A stretch of 64,000 bases of DNA from Octopus vulgaris (lineage: Eukaryota). The notes under the pieces were generated by a model. The model did not search any database and was not told where the DNA came from. It saw only the letters and a program-made list of their open reading frames with translations. Shown one piece after another: positions 44,200 to 58,600 of this stretch. The stretch is from positions 46,872,001 through 46,936,000 of the forward strand of contig OX597831.1 of assembly GCA_951406725.2 (NCBI GenBank), given 5' to 3'. The position numbers and the translations under genes are program-made. Numbering within the stretch: position 1 is the first letter of the stretch; each line of letters opens with the position of its first letter.

Positions 44200-44520
44200 C
44201 CTTGATATTATCTTAGCAAGTTTCAAGTAATTTCTTTTGTGCCGTAAGCCATTTACCATTTCTATGGTGCCCCACTCCTTCCCATGATACCCTAAGCACA
44301 TGCTTATTTGGCTTAATGGTTAATCCAGCCCTCTGTGTATGCGTTTAGGAATCCGGTCTAACCGAGTGAGATATCTAGCTGATGGTCTTACATTAAATAT
44401 GCATCACCCGAGGAATATTACGCTCACTTATAAGTACCTTTGTACTGCTTTGGAAAGTAAGTCAGCGAAATTTAGACATATTTGGTACGAATAATGGTAT
44501 TCAGTCGACGACAGGATACG
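44200..44520 (-). pseudogene. Possible decayed Gypsy-like RT fragment
   Basis: Only a short AGLTIKPNK motif (cf. AGLTIKPSKC) is recognisable. Confidence 0.3.
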
Positions 44521-45102
44521 ACAGACCAAGGACTCTTTGGCTAACAACCGTTTCAGTCAACTAAAAGCTTGTCTTTTTCTTTCCTTTTCTTGCTCTGTCA
44601 TTCCATTTAACTCTCTGTTTATCAGTCAGTGAATCTATTTGTCTATTTGTCTGTCTATCGTTCTATCGTGTTCCTGTTGCAGCAGCATCTGTTTACTGCA
44701 TATGCTTTGTCCCGCTTCATCGTTGAACGAAACGCTAGCCAACAATAGCGTCTCTACCGATAACAACAGTTACCATACACAAGTCTCTCTCCCACCCTTT
44801 GCTCCTCTCTCCTTCCCTGGCGCGCTCTCTCCCTCGTTCTCTTTATATATATTTATGGTGGATGGATGGAGAGTCACCTCCAAGGAAATGGGCGTTAAAA
44901 TGCCTGTTCATGTTGCAAGGAAATAATAAACCGATTATATTCTGTTTTTAACATTAAATTCATACTAATTGAGGATTACTGCAATCTCTCTTCTCTTGTC
45001 TCTCTGTCTCCCTCCCTCCCTCTCTATCCCTCTCTTTCTCCGTATCTCATCTCACCCTCTCTCTATATATCTATCTATCTATCTCTCCCTCTCTTTCTCT
45101 TA

Positions 45103-45544
45103 TTTCTTTACTGCCTACAAGGGGCTACACACAGAGGGAACAAACAAGGACAGATAAACGGATTAAGTCGATTATATCGACCCCAGTGCGTAACTGGTAC
45201 TTATTTAATCGACCCAGAAAGGATGAAAGGCAAAGTCGACCTCGGCGGAGTTTGAACTCAGAACGTAACGGCAGACGAAATACCTATTTTTTTTACTACC
45301 CACAAGGGGCTAAACACAGAGAGGACAAGCAAGGACAGACAAACGGATTAAGTCGATTACATCGACTCCAGTGCGGAACTGGTACTTAATTTATCAGCCC
45401 CGAAAGGATGAAAGGCAAAGTCGACCTCGGCGGAATTTGAACTCAGAACGTAACAGCAGACGAAATACCGCAAAGCATTTCGCCCGGCGTGCTAACGTTT
45501 CTGCCAGCTCGCTGCCTTTAAGAATTAATCTCTCGAAGAATTAA
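45103..45544 (-). mobile_element. SINE family C, 2 units, with extra 5' sequence
   Basis: 17-bp TSD TCCCTCTCTTTCTCTTA at 45086-45102 and 45545-45561. Confidence 0.88.
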
Positions 45545-46107
45545 TCCCTCTCTTTCTCTTAGCGGTTTGCACCATCGCTACCGAGTTACAGATGGTTGAA
45601 TTGATGGCACCGCGTTCGCAATAGAAACGTGGATGGCTTGTATCATGACAGCGTCAGCACTGTGCCTACCGTTGCCTAACACTTTTAACACGTATCAGCT
45701 CAGCCCAGCTGGCTACGACAGCAACCACAATGGTAGTACATCACATTTCTCGAAATTGCGATAATGCTATTTACTTAACGAGAGTTTCATTTACTTCATG
45801 TTCCAAGTTCAAATTTTCCTACGGTTACGGATGGTTGGAAGATAAATCTTTAAAATACAACACACACACACACATACATCGTTAAATACTTACGTATATA
45901 GGTAGATACATACACATATACACACATAAATGCATATACATACGCGCATAAATACATATACATACGTATAAGTTTATGCATCTATGTACAATACAGCCAA
46001 ACATATAGACATATAATCATACACACATGCATACACATACATACGCGTGAATATACACGCACCCTTACATCCGCTCAGACATATAATAAGACATTACATA
46101 CATACAT

Positions 46108-46271
46108 AGGCGTAGGAGTGGCTGTGTGGTAAGTAGCTTGCTTACCAACCACATGGTTCCGGGTTCAATCTCACTGCGTGGCACCCTGAGCAAGTGTCTT
46201 GTACTATGGCCTCAGACCGACCAAAGCCTTGTGAGTGGATTTGGTAGACGGAAACTGAAAGATGCCCGTCG

Positions 46272-46303
<32 letters not shown>

Positions 46304-46550
46304 TGTATATATGAGTGTGTGTATGTGTGTGTATATGTTTGTGTGTATGTCTGTGTTTGTCCCCCCAACATCGCTTGACAACCAATACTGGTGTGTTTAC
46401 GTTCCCGTAACTTAGCAGTTCGACAAAAGACACCGATAGAATAAGTACTAGGCTTACAAAGAGTCCTGGGGTCAATTTGCTCGACTAAAGACGGTGCTCC
46501 AGCATGGCCACAGTCAAATGGCTGAAACAACTAAAAGAGTAAAAGAGTAC
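46108..46550 (+). mobile_element. SINE family A
   Basis: Matches 42285 copy. Confidence 0.9.
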
Positions 46551-46991
46551 ATACATACACATATACACGCACATACACATATATTTCAACAAACACATAC
46601 ACGACTGCACATACACATACATGTTTCATTTACCTTTACTGCATAGTGAAAGATATGAAGTGTGAACAACTTCATCCTTACAGCTTATTGGCTGCTCCAT
46701 CATGGCCACCACCATCACCAATACCATGAAATTCGGCACTTGGCACTAGCAACTAACAATTTACCCAACAGAGGGGGAAATTTCAATTAAATAAGGAATT
46801 TGTTCATAGGCGATTTGATACATGACCCTTAAATTTTTTATTGTCTAGATTCATGCTACTAGTCAAATTGAGTTATTTGTTCCTTTCATCTTTTATTTAT
46901 TTCAGTCGTTTGCCCGTGGAGTATCCCCATGATGGTTTTTTTTATATTTGTTTTTTAGTCCAAACTAATTGACCCTCTCTTTCTCTCTTTC

Positions 46992-47371
46992 TCTTTTACT
47001 TGTTTCAGTCATTTGACTGCGGCCATGCTGGAGCACCGCCTTTAATCGAGCAACTCGACGCCGGCACTTATTCTTTGTAAGCCCAGTACTTATTCTATCG
47101 GTCTCTAAGTGACGGGGACGTAAACACACCAGCATCGGTTGTCAAGCGATGCTAGGGGGACAAACACAGACACACAAACACACACATATATATATATACC
47201 TATATACGACAGGCTTCTTTCAGTTTCCGTCTACCAAATCCACTCACAAGGCATTGGTCGGCCCGGGGCTATAGCAGAAGACACTTGACCAAGATGCCAC
47301 GCAGTGGGACTGAACCCGGGACCATGTGGTTGGTTAGCAAGCTACTTACCACACAGCCACTCCTGCGCCTA
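46992..47371 (-). mobile_element. SINE family A
   Basis: Reverse complement of 42285 copy; a diverged partial copy follows at 47415-47555. Confidence 0.9.
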
Positions 47372-47984
47372 TTACTTTCTTTTAAGGCTTTTAAGGAAAC
47401 AGTGGCACAACAAGGTTTCCGTCTACCAAATCCGTGCACAAGGCTTTGATTGGCATGGGGCTATCGCAGAGGACACTTTCCCAAGATACCACGCTGTGGG
47501 ACCGAACCCGAAACCATGTGGTTGGGAAGGAAACTTCTTACCACACAATCATGCTTTTTCTCATTAAATTTTTTATTTGTCCAAATTATACTGGCCGGAA
47601 ATTATTCGCAATTCTTCTGTAATATGTAGAACATTTTGCAATTGATAGGTAAACTGGATTAGATTATAAAATGCTTATGACGTTTAATAGACCGAAATAT
47701 GCCCTTGGTTGTCCCTTGCCTACGAGCAAAGATAAAAACTGCCCTTTTCTCTAAGCAAATTAACTTCGAGAGATTAATTCTTAAGGTCTAGCAATTATCT
47801 CACCTTTTCTTTGGGAGTCGCTAACAATTGCCGCTAGGGTTAGTTTCATTTTTTGATTATAAAGATGACAGCTCTGAGATGAAAAGTAATCTGTCTTAGT
47901 AAATCTAAATGCAGGATTCAACACTTTAATAATCCTTGGTGGATTAGATTAACTGACACCTGTAATTAATTACGTATCGCCTCA

Positions 47985-48026
<42 letters not shown>

Positions 48027-48211
48027 TATATACAGACATACACACGCACATACATAGAAACATATGCACATATACGGACTGACAACACGCGAACACACAT
48101 ACACAGATGCTACATATATGTATGTAAATATACGCGCTTACACTACCATTATTTAGAACCGTACATTAATATATACGTACTTAGATACAATGTAGCTAGC
48201 TAATTATTTAA

Positions 48212-48299
<88 letters not shown>

Positions 48300-48312
48300 G
48301 TAGGTAGGTAGG

Positions 48313-48438
<126 letters not shown>

Positions 48439-48808
48439 TACATACATACATACATACATACATACATACATACATACATACATACATACTAACCAGCCAA
48501 AATTGCAAAGATAATCTGGAACTCGACTGAGAATGAAAACTCCGAATGACCCGTCCTTGTTTTTCTTGTTCCTTTTTTGTATCATCTAACTGTCTGGATG
48601 TTTTGCGTTCTTGTCCCATTTTTTTGTATTCCTTTTTATATACATACATACATACATACATACATACATACATACATACATACATACATACATACATACA
48701 TACATAGGAAGACAGACAGAAAGGCAGACAGGCGGGCGGTTAGGAGGGCGGACAGAGAGTCAGACAAATAGACAGACCAGATAAACAGACAGACCGATAG
48801 ACAGATAG

Positions 48809-48859
<51 letters not shown>

Positions 48860-49541
48860 CACAAAAATAGAGACACACGTACATACACACGTACATACAC
48901 ACACACGTACATACACACACACGTACATACATACGCACACATGCATACATACATACATACATACATACATACATACATACATACATACATACATACATAC
49001 ATACATAGACAGAAATTCTGCATAAACAAACGCATAATTTCTATGGGAAACTATTCGATGTATTTGCAATAGTAGATCCAACATTAAAGCCACAATATCA
49101 GACTTGTTAAATAACTGGTTATTCTTCTAATTTCATTCATTGAAAAGGCCTATTATTCAAGATTGTTAGGATAGTCGTCTCAAATACACTATGTATAGGT
49201 TTGGTGCAAGCAACATGGCTGGACACGTGAGCATCAAAGACACTGTAAAACAAATGAATGAATATGCTATCGAAAAAAGTAAACAGCCTTATTAGTTGTG
49301 TTTATGGAAGTAACTAAAACTATAAGATATATTTTCATGACGCTATGTTATGATTGATATAAAGAACTAAAGAGAAATTATTCTTCTGTTGACTGTGTAT
49401 AGAATGAAATTGTACTGGGACGAAACGCATCCAGAACTGAATTATCTCACGACAAAACAATCGCGCCTGCGATTACAATCATCAACCGACTGACCATTTG
49501 GCCGTAAGAGATCGATTGATGATAGTTATTTTATTCCCGTA

Positions 49542-49930
49542 GTGGAGGCGCAATGGCCCAGTGGTTAGGGCAGCGGACTCGCGGTCATAGGATCGCGCTT
49601 TCGATTCCCAGACCGGGCGTTGTGAGTGTTTATTGAGCGAAAACACATAAAAAGCTCCACGAGGCTCCGGCAGGGGATGGTGGTGATCCCTGCTGTACTC
49701 TTTCACCACAACTTTCTCTCACTCTTACTTCCTGTTTCTGTTGTACCTGTATTTCAAGGGGCCGGTCTTGTCACTCTCTCTCTGTGTCACGCTGAATATC
49801 CCCGAGAACTACGTTAAGGGTGCACGTGTCTGTGGAGTGCTCAGCCACTTACACGTTAATTTCACGAGCAGGCTGTTCCGTTGATTCGGATCAACCGGAA
49901 CCCTCATCGTAGTAACCGACGGAGTGCTTC
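49542..49930 (+). mobile_element. SINE family B, tail type 3
   Basis: Head as at 21028; tail CACGAGCAGGCTGTTCCGTTGAT..GACGGAGTGC also at 59215-59280 and, inverted, 31620-31700. Confidence 0.85.
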
Positions 49931-49953
49931 CATTTATTCCCGTGGTAAGAAGG

Positions 49954-50660
49954 CAGGCGCAGACGTGATTGTGTGGTAAGAAGCATTGCTTCCCAACCAC
50001 ATGGTTCGTGGTTCAGTCCTTCTGCGTAGCATCTTAGGCATGTCTTCTTCTGTGCTCTAGGGCCGACTAAAGCCTTGTGGATGGATTTGGTAAACGAAAA
50101 CTGAAAGAAGGCGGCGAGCTGGAATCGACTTAATCCGTTTGTCTGTCCTTGTTTGTCCCCTCTGTGTTTAGCCCCTTGTGGGTAGTAAAGAAATAGGTAT
50201 TTCGTCTGCCGTTACGTTCGGAGTTCAAATTCCGCCGAGGTCGACTTTGCCTTTCATCCTTTCGGGGTCGACAATTTACTCACTGGGGTCGATGTAATCG
50301 ACTTAATCCGTTTGTCTGTCCTAATTTGTCCCCTCTACGTTTAGCCCCTTGTGGTCAATAAAGAAATAGGAAACTGAAAGAAGCCCGTGGTATATATGTA
50401 TGTGTGTGTGCGCGCGCGCGCGCGTGCGTGAGTATGTGTGTTTCTTCGTGTTTGTGTTTGCTCCGTCCACCGCTTAACAACTGATGTTGAAGTGTTTACG
50501 TCCCTGTAACTTACCGTTTTGGCAAAACAGACCGAAAGAATAAGTATCAAGTTTTAAAAAAATAAGTACTGGGGGTGATACATTCGCCTAAAAATTCTTC
50601 ATAGCGGTGCCCCAACATGTCCACCGTCTAATGACTGAAACACTGAAACAAGTAAAAGAA
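49954..50660 (+). mobile_element. SINE family A interrupted by a family C copy (50111-50370)
   Basis: 13-bp TSD AAACTGAAAGAAG at 50098-50110 and 50371-50383. Confidence 0.8.
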
Positions 50661-51041
50661 AAAATACAAAAAAAAAAACAGGATACGAGCATATTCCGAG
50701 GACAAAGATGCCAAAACCACCTGTGACAACAGACCTGACTCCGACTGTTTTTATGTTAGCTCACAGTATATCTGCCATTTCACATGTAGCTATCAGTCAT
50801 TATGGCCGCAATTGCGTTAATGAGTGTATCAGGAGCTGATACGCTTTTAAATACTTCCGATGCAAAACATGTCCAGCCATGTTGCTTGCAGCAAACTAAA
50901 TTCATGCTCACGGTGATTATAGATATGTCACAAATATTTACAACATAGTAATATCGCTTCAGTTTAACAAATAAATACCTCTTTATATGCACTCTCCACA
51001 ACCGTTAAGCAGTATCTTGAAGATACAGGATTAAGGAAATA

Positions 51042-51600
51042 TTGGGTTGTCTGGAAAGTTCGTGCCGATTTTTAAAGGAATGAAAAAGGTCAATAAATAC
51101 TTGCCATTACATTTTTAATCAACCAAATATGAACCGTTTTGTTGCACAATGCGTCTCCATCTTTCCTTCAATACCCTCTTCCCAGAATTGAAAGTGGTTT
51201 CATGGTAAAGAATTCATCAAGGTATCTTTTTACGTCATCCAAGGAATTGAAATTTTTACCATTAAGACTATTCTTCAGAGACCTGAATAAGTGGAAATCC
51301 GAAGGAGCAATATCTGGTGAATATGGAGGGTGGGGTAAAACATCCCAGCCGAGCTGCAGCAATTTTTGTCTGGTTCCCAAAGCATCAAGTGCTTAAAATG
51401 AACTTTCTTATCTTCCATTTTAAAGGGTAACAGAATTAACACTGGTCATAGGAACATAAACCTTCTTCCACGAAAAGATTGCTTAAACTGTGCTCTAAAT
51501 GGAGGTGTAGTCAAATCTTATTTTATGGGCTCAACCATGTTCTAAAATAAGTCGAAAGGTAAGCTACTATAAATCGGCATGAACTTTCCTGACAACCCAA
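51042..51600 (-). mobile_element. Internally deleted mariner element, third copy
   Basis: Same TIRs, TA flanks and junction as 29832 and 33656. Confidence 0.92.
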
Positions 51601-51827
51601 TATAAAATAATGAAAAACATGCCAGGATGGACTTGGAAAATGAAGAAATAATTAGTCATTGAGTTACGGCAGACCATCGTTATGTGACGATATTTATTAC
51701 AAGAAAACAGTCAAGTAACTAACCTTTTCAGTAATTATATGAGAAAAACAAAGTAAAAGCAATGTTGTATAATGGTAGCAAAATAAACACTTAAGTATAA
51801 AATGATTGTGGAGGCGCGTAGTTTAGT

Positions 51828-52060
51828 GGTTATGGTGTCAGCACCATGATCGTAAGATTGTAGTTTCGATTCGTGGACCGGGCGATGCGTTGTGTTCTTG
51901 AGCAAAACACTTCATTTCACGTTGCTCCAGTCCACTCAGCAGGTAAAAATGAGTAACGTTGCGATAGACTGGCGTCCCATCCAGCTGGGAAATACATGCG
52001 CCATTGAAACCAGGAAACTGGGCCCATGATCCTGGTTAGGCTTTAAAAGGGCGCATTTAT
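51828..52060 (+). mobile_element. SINE family B-related, tail type 1
   Basis: tRNA-like head and CORE-like TGTGTTCTTGAGCAAAACACTT; tail matches 550-640. Confidence 0.75.
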
Positions 52061-52731
52061 TATATTATTATATAAAATGATTACCCTGAAGCAGGAGTTT
52101 AAAAAGTGCCAATGAGAAAATCCGGGCCAGTTGAGAATAGTTGAAAAAAGAATAATTATAAGAAATTCACTTGAAATAAACAAGCTGTCTATAAAGACAA
52201 GAGGGAATCAACAATAAAGGTCACAGAAGGTCCTTCTCAGGAGACAGGGTTAAACGCTAAAGGAAACACTAGTGTGCGAAAAAATAGAGATAAACTAGAA
52301 TACAGTTAAGTTAGAAGAAATTACATCAAAGGCGTAATGCAGGACAATACACAATATCAGTGTTGACACCATTGATTGCGTGACAGAAAAACAATCTCAG
52401 TATAGAAACGTACAAGGACGAATGATGGCTACCGGTACAAAAGAAAAACTTACCTATGGGTGGGGGATATGTTATCGATTTTTACTAATAAGCTACCAGT
52501 GGAGATATAAATATACCAAGCTGGCTGTCATTAGTAGATACAAGTTTGGTACCTAAAAACAAAAAGAAACACGAAGAAAAGCTGTCAGCCACTTGCCAGA
52601 ATATAATGCAATTCATAGGAAAGATAGTCCCTGAAGATCAAAATATAGAAAATTACGCTGATATAGATGACATACACACTATAATATGGAAGGATAGTGG
52701 TGGCACGTTTCTGTTAAATTCTCTGTAAAAT

Positions 52732-53397
52732 GTAGGTTTCAAATTTTGGCACAAGGCCAGCAATTTCGGGGGTGGGGGTACCAGTACTTACCTGGTCTTT
52801 TACTCTTTTACTCTTTTACTTGTTTCAGTCATTTGACTGCGGCCATGCTGGAGCACCGCCTTTAGTCGAGCAAATCGAACCCAGGACTTATTCTTTGTAA
52901 GCCTTGTACTTATTCTATCGGTGACTTTTGCCGAACCGCCAAGTAACGGGGACGTAAACACACCACCGTCGGTTGTCAAGCGATGTTGGACACACACACA
53001 TACACACACATACACACATACATACATACATACATACATACATACATACATACATACATACATACATACATACATACATACCTACATACATACATACACG
53101 ACAGGCTTCTTTCAGTTTCCGTCTACCAAATTCACTCACAAGGCTTTTGGTCGGCTCGAGGCTATATAGAAGACACTTGCCCAAGGTGCCACGCAGTGGG
53201 AATGAACCCAGGACCATGTGGTTGGTAAGCAATCTACTTAGCATTCAACAACTGCGCCTTATTTTATCAACCTCCGAAAGGATGAAAAACAAAGTCGACC
53301 TCGGCGGAATTTGAACACAGAACGTGAAGACGGACGAAATTCCGTTAAGCATTTTGTCCGGCATGTTTAACGATTCTGCCAGTTCGCCGCCTTGAAC
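52732..53397 (-). mobile_element. SINE family C interrupted by a family A copy (52797-53260)
   Basis: TSD CTCTGTAAAAT at 52721-52731 and 53398-53408. Confidence 0.8.
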
Positions 53398-53419
53398 CTC
53401 TGTAAAATATAAGCATAAA

Positions 53420-53720
53420 ACATCAGACTGGTTTGGAGCAAAGAAAAGAAAGAATGCACAGTATTAGAAATCAGTATTCCAGCGGACATTAACATAGTAT
53501 TAAAGAGAAAAAAAAAGGCAATTATCTGTGGCGAACTAATGAAAAATTTACTGATACTCCATCCGGACTGTAATTTTATATTTGTAGCCAGAATTATTGG
53601 GACACTTAGATATGTAACTTTCTGTCTCTATACCAGTCTTGAGAAGCAGCTAATTGAGGAATTACAAACAATTAAAAACCATGAACTGAATCGTGAAAAC
53701 GTATCAAATATTCCAGAAGA
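53420..53720 (+). pseudogene. Decayed RLE endonuclease fragment (R4/Dong-like)
   Basis: ECTVLEISIPADINI..ELMKNLLILHPDCNFIFV..IIGTLRYV, similar to 58661-58910. Confidence 0.55.
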
Positions 53721-53722
53721 TC

Positions 53723-54300
53723 AAGGCGGCGAGCTGGCAGAAACGTTAGCACGCCGGGCGAAATGCTTTGCGGTATTTCGTCTGCTGTTACGTTCTGAGT
53801 TCAAATTCCGCCGAGGTCGACTTTGCCTTTCATCCTTTCGGGGTCGATAAATTAAGTACCAGTTACGCACTGGGGTCGATGTAATCGACTTAATCCGTTT
53901 GTCTGTCCTTGTTTGTCCCCTCTGTGTTTAGTCCCTTGTGGGTAGTAAAGAAACAGGTATTTCGTCTGCCGCTACGTTCTGAGTTCAAATTCCGCCGAGG
54001 TCGACTTTGCCTTTCATCCTTTCGGGGTCGATAAATTAAGTACCAGTTACGCACTGGGGTTGATGTAATCGACTTAAACCGTTTGTCCTTGTTTGTCCTC
54101 TCTGTGTTTAGCCCCTTGTGGGTAGTAAAGAAATAGGTATTTCGTCTGCCGTTATGTTCGGAGTTCAAATTCCGCCGAGGTCGACTTTGCCTTTCATCCT
54201 TTCGGGGTCGATAAATTAGGTATCAGTTGTGTACTGGGCTCGATGTAATTGACTTGCCCCATCTCCCAAAATTTCAGGCCTTCTGCCTAGAGTAGAAAAG
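53723..54300 (+). mobile_element. SINE family C, 3 internal units of ~180-184 bp
   Basis: Units start GTATTTCGTCTG at 53773, 53957, 54137; TSD AATATTCCAGAAG at 53707 and 54301. Confidence 0.9.
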
Positions 54301-54551
54301 AATATTCCAGAAGTTCAAATGTCGAATTTGATTATTTTCAATTTTCAAAACGAATTGTCTAAAGTGGGGTAAAATGAGTAATGGCTAATTTGTAAAACGA
54401 GACGGTAAAAAGTGATGGGCTAGAAAAAAAAGACTGTTGGAGGCGTCCGCTACCCGACGTAATGTTCCGCCTAAATTTGGCGGGGTGAATGCCTATGATG
54501 AACCATGGAGAAAATTACAGCTCTTATGTTCAGGCTATAGATTTCCATTGG

Positions 54552-54770
54552 CACAAGGGTGTGCGAAAAAGGTCTTGGCTTTAAGGGTGTCGCGAAAGAC
54601 CTGATTGGAAGCCAAACATTCCGAGTTCTTTAACAGGGCTTAGAAAAACTGAAGGACCGCTGCAATAACTGTGTGAATCTGAGGGAGGGATATGTTAAAT
54701 AAAATCATAATTAAGTGATCCTCCTGTATTTTCTTTTACCCAAAGCCAGGAACTTTTCAGCAGCGCATCG
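54552..54770. mobile_element. Mariner-type MITE, third copy
   Basis: Similar to 6331-6527. Confidence 0.65.
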
Positions 54771-55047
54771 AACAATGGCTTTTGTGACGATAGATTTGCA
54801 CAAAAGCCAATAAATGCTGGAGTTCTTCAAAAGCTAACTGAAAGATATCTACCAAACATAATCGACTATTGGTGCAGCAAAACTATTTAAAATATTCCGG
54901 TATTTTCCGTATGAGTTTCATGAATTCATACATAATCATACAACCACGTACTTATAACATACGCACACAGAAACACACACACACACATGTTTGTATGCTA
55001 AAGTCAAACGCATCCCGACTCATGAATGCACACTCTCACATACATAT

Positions 55048-55655
55048 ACCACGTGACAACGTGATCGACGAGGATATCAAATGGTGTTACACATCGCTGG
55101 TCACAATACACTTTTGCATTGTTTTAGCATTCAAATGACGCCACCTCACTGGCTAAGCGAGTAGGTCAACATTCTCCTTACACCCAGTCGAAAAGAAGAC
55201 TAAAGTAACGTGAAATGAAACGTTTTGCTCAAGAACATAGCGTGTTGCCCAGTAAGGGACTCGAACCTACGATCTAGAGATCGTGAGTGCAACAGACTAA
55301 CCACTAGGCCACGCGCCGTCACCACATGAGTAGGATAGGAGCACTCCGTCTGTTGCGATGACGAGGGTCCTAGCTGGTACGATCAAAGGAATAGCTTGCT
55401 CGTGAAATTAACGTGCAAGTGGCTGAGCAATCCACAGACACGTGTACCCCTTGACCTAGCTCCCAGGGAGAATCATAAAGTGTGACAAGGCTGGCCCTTT
55501 GAAATACAGGTACTACTCATTTTTGCCAGCTGAGTGAACTGGAGCAATGTGAAATAAAGTGTCTTGCTCAAGGATACAACGCGTTGCCGGGAGTTGAACT
55601 CATGACCTGACGATCGTGAGCCGAATGCCCTAACAGCTAAGCCATGCGCCTTCAC
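55048..55655 (-). mobile_element. Two adjacent family B-related SINEs (55048-55320 and 55338-55655)
   Basis: tRNA-like heads at ~55318 and ~55655; first tail matches 61141-61267 inverted, second matches tail type 3. Confidence 0.7.
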
Positions 55656-55662
55656 CACATAC

Positions 55663-55947
<285 letters not shown>

Positions 55948-56234
55948 ACTAAAGTCATTCATACATCCACAAACCAGCCCCAGGAACTGCCTTCACTTCA
56001 ACTAAAGTGCCTTGTTACTTTGTTAGAGAATGGTATGGATTCTACAAAGGGAAAATAAATCGAATAAATCCCAACGGAAAAAACAAACATAACTATAATA
56101 CTGGTTTGATATTGTCTATATTCCCACCATGAATCTCTTTTTCTGCGCTACAAGTCGGCAGTTTCCCCAGTGGCAAGAATTTTTTAAAATAAACCAGTAC
56201 ATGCATCTATCTACTCCAAAGATCGGATAGACAC

Positions 56235-56328
<94 letters not shown>

Positions 56329-56344
56329 TGATAGATAGACAGAC

Positions 56345-56417
<73 letters not shown>

Positions 56418-56467
56418 TCGACGTATTCACACATATTTTTCCACTTTTTCAATTGTATGCATATATC

Positions 56468-56513
<46 letters not shown>

Positions 56514-56670
56514 GGTTTTCTCTATTTTTATTACGACTATGTGTGTGTGCATGTGTGTGTGTGTGTATGTGCGTGTGTGTGTGTGTGTGTGTAAATTTAT
56601 ATTAATGTATATATGCTTGCTTGTATACATAGAAACGTCCATAATACAAGCAAAAACACAGACATGTTAG

Positions 56671-56753
<83 letters not shown>

Positions 56754-57139
56754 GCAGGCAGGCAGGCAGGCAGCCAGGAAGGTAGGTAGGCAGGCAGACA
56801 GACAGACAGACAGAAAAGGATATACTATCGTTATTATCCTGAAAATCTGATGCAGTGACTGGCGTGCAATATAAAAAATATTAGTACAACCTAACATTGG
56901 TGATTAAGTAATAACCCTGACCCCGTTTATAATCTGGTGCTCCCATTTTGCAACAAAACTGATTCGCTTCATAAATCACGTGAGCCCAGTTCACGAGACA
57001 CGGCTGTACGGACCGGTTATTTTGTTAATGAAACTATTAAGCATAACACTGGGTTTGGGAGCAAAAACGCTTAGGTAAAAAGAAAAAAAAAATAATAATA
57101 ATAATGATGATAATAATAATGATAATAATAATAATGATA

Positions 57140-57198
<59 letters not shown>

Positions 57199-57221
57199 AT
57201 TAATGTTAATAATAATAATAA

Positions 57222-57304
<83 letters not shown>

Positions 57305-57315
57305 ATAATTATTAA

Positions 57316-57399
<84 letters not shown>

Positions 57400-57400
<1 letters not shown>

Positions 57401-57836
57401 CGCCCTGATGCAGTACCAGACAGTGGCTCTTATGGCTTTTGATCTTAACTGATCGGAAATGTTATCTTGTATAGTATTTTGTCTTGGTATAAAAGATAGG
57501 CTACAACAATTGTTCTGCACAATACCACAGATTTATTTGTCAGTTGTTTGACCTTATCCAGTTAACCATGTCCCTTAGTGACTGACGATACATGCATCTC
57601 TGACCACGAAAAGAGGTAGTGGGGGAGCATCATAGTCATGTGTTGAGAAGAATTCTTTGGGGTTTGGATAATCCACCTTTGGAAACATCGGTGTTTTATT
57701 CAACATCCTTAAACAACCCTTATTCAGGGACCTTTTGAGTGGGATATCCTACTCGACCTGAAGAAAATTCTAACTGGGTTCTACCTGCAAGGTCATACGC
57801 TGTATATCTTGATATTAGATCAGCATTTCGCGCAGC
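57400..57836 (+). mobile_element. Non-autonomous TAA-associated retroelement sharing its 5' end with a Dong-like element
   Basis: Starts right after (TAA)n; first ~95 bp match 24735-24830 inverted, remainder matches 31060-31279 inverted. Confidence 0.7.
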
Positions 57837-58600
57837 GTATGTATGTATGTATGTATGTATGTATGTATGTATGTATGTATGTATGTATGTATGTATGTAT
57901 GTATGCATGCATGCATGCATGTATGTATGTATGCATGCATGTATGTATGTATGTATGTATGTATGTATGTATGTATGTATGTATGTATGTATTTATGTAT
58001 GTATGTATGTATGTATGTATGTATGTATGTATGTATGTATGTATGTATGTATGTATGTATGTATGTATGTATGCATGTATGTATGTAAGTCATTCTTCAG
58101 TTTATTTCAAGATTTCTTGCCGATAAAGAAAGAATCGGTTTCTAACCTAGATCCAAAGTTCCTTCATTGAAATTTCAACATCAACAACAGGGTATTTATG
58201 TATGTATGTATGTATGTATGTATGTATGTATGTATGTATGTATGTATGTATGTATGTATGCATGCATGTATGTATGTATGTATGTATGTATATATGTATG
58301 TATGTATGTATACATGTATGCATGCATATATGTATGTATGTGTGTATGTATGTATGCATGTATGTATGTATGTATGTATGTATGTATGTATGTATGTATG
58401 TATGTATGCATGCATGTATGTATGTATGTATGTATGTATGTATGTATGTATGTATGCATGTATGTATGTATATATGTATGTATGTATGCATGCATGTATG
58501 TATGTATGCATGCATGTATGTATGTATGTATGCATGTATGCATGTATATATGTATGTATGTATGCATGTATGTATGTATGTATGTATGTATGTATATGTG
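57837..58600. repeat. (TATG)n/(CATG) microsatellite interrupted at 58088-58197
   Basis: Direct reading. Confidence 0.95.

Noticed and set aside
45522-47780. Kolobok/piggyBac-like transposon defined by 17-bp inverted repeats with TTAA flanks
   Set aside because: The left repeat lies inside a SINE's target-site duplication, so it arrived with the SINE; a templated insert explains it better.
49405-49435. GGGACGAAACGCATC resembling a hammerhead 3' half
   Set aside because: No CUGANGA-like core or stem partners upstream.
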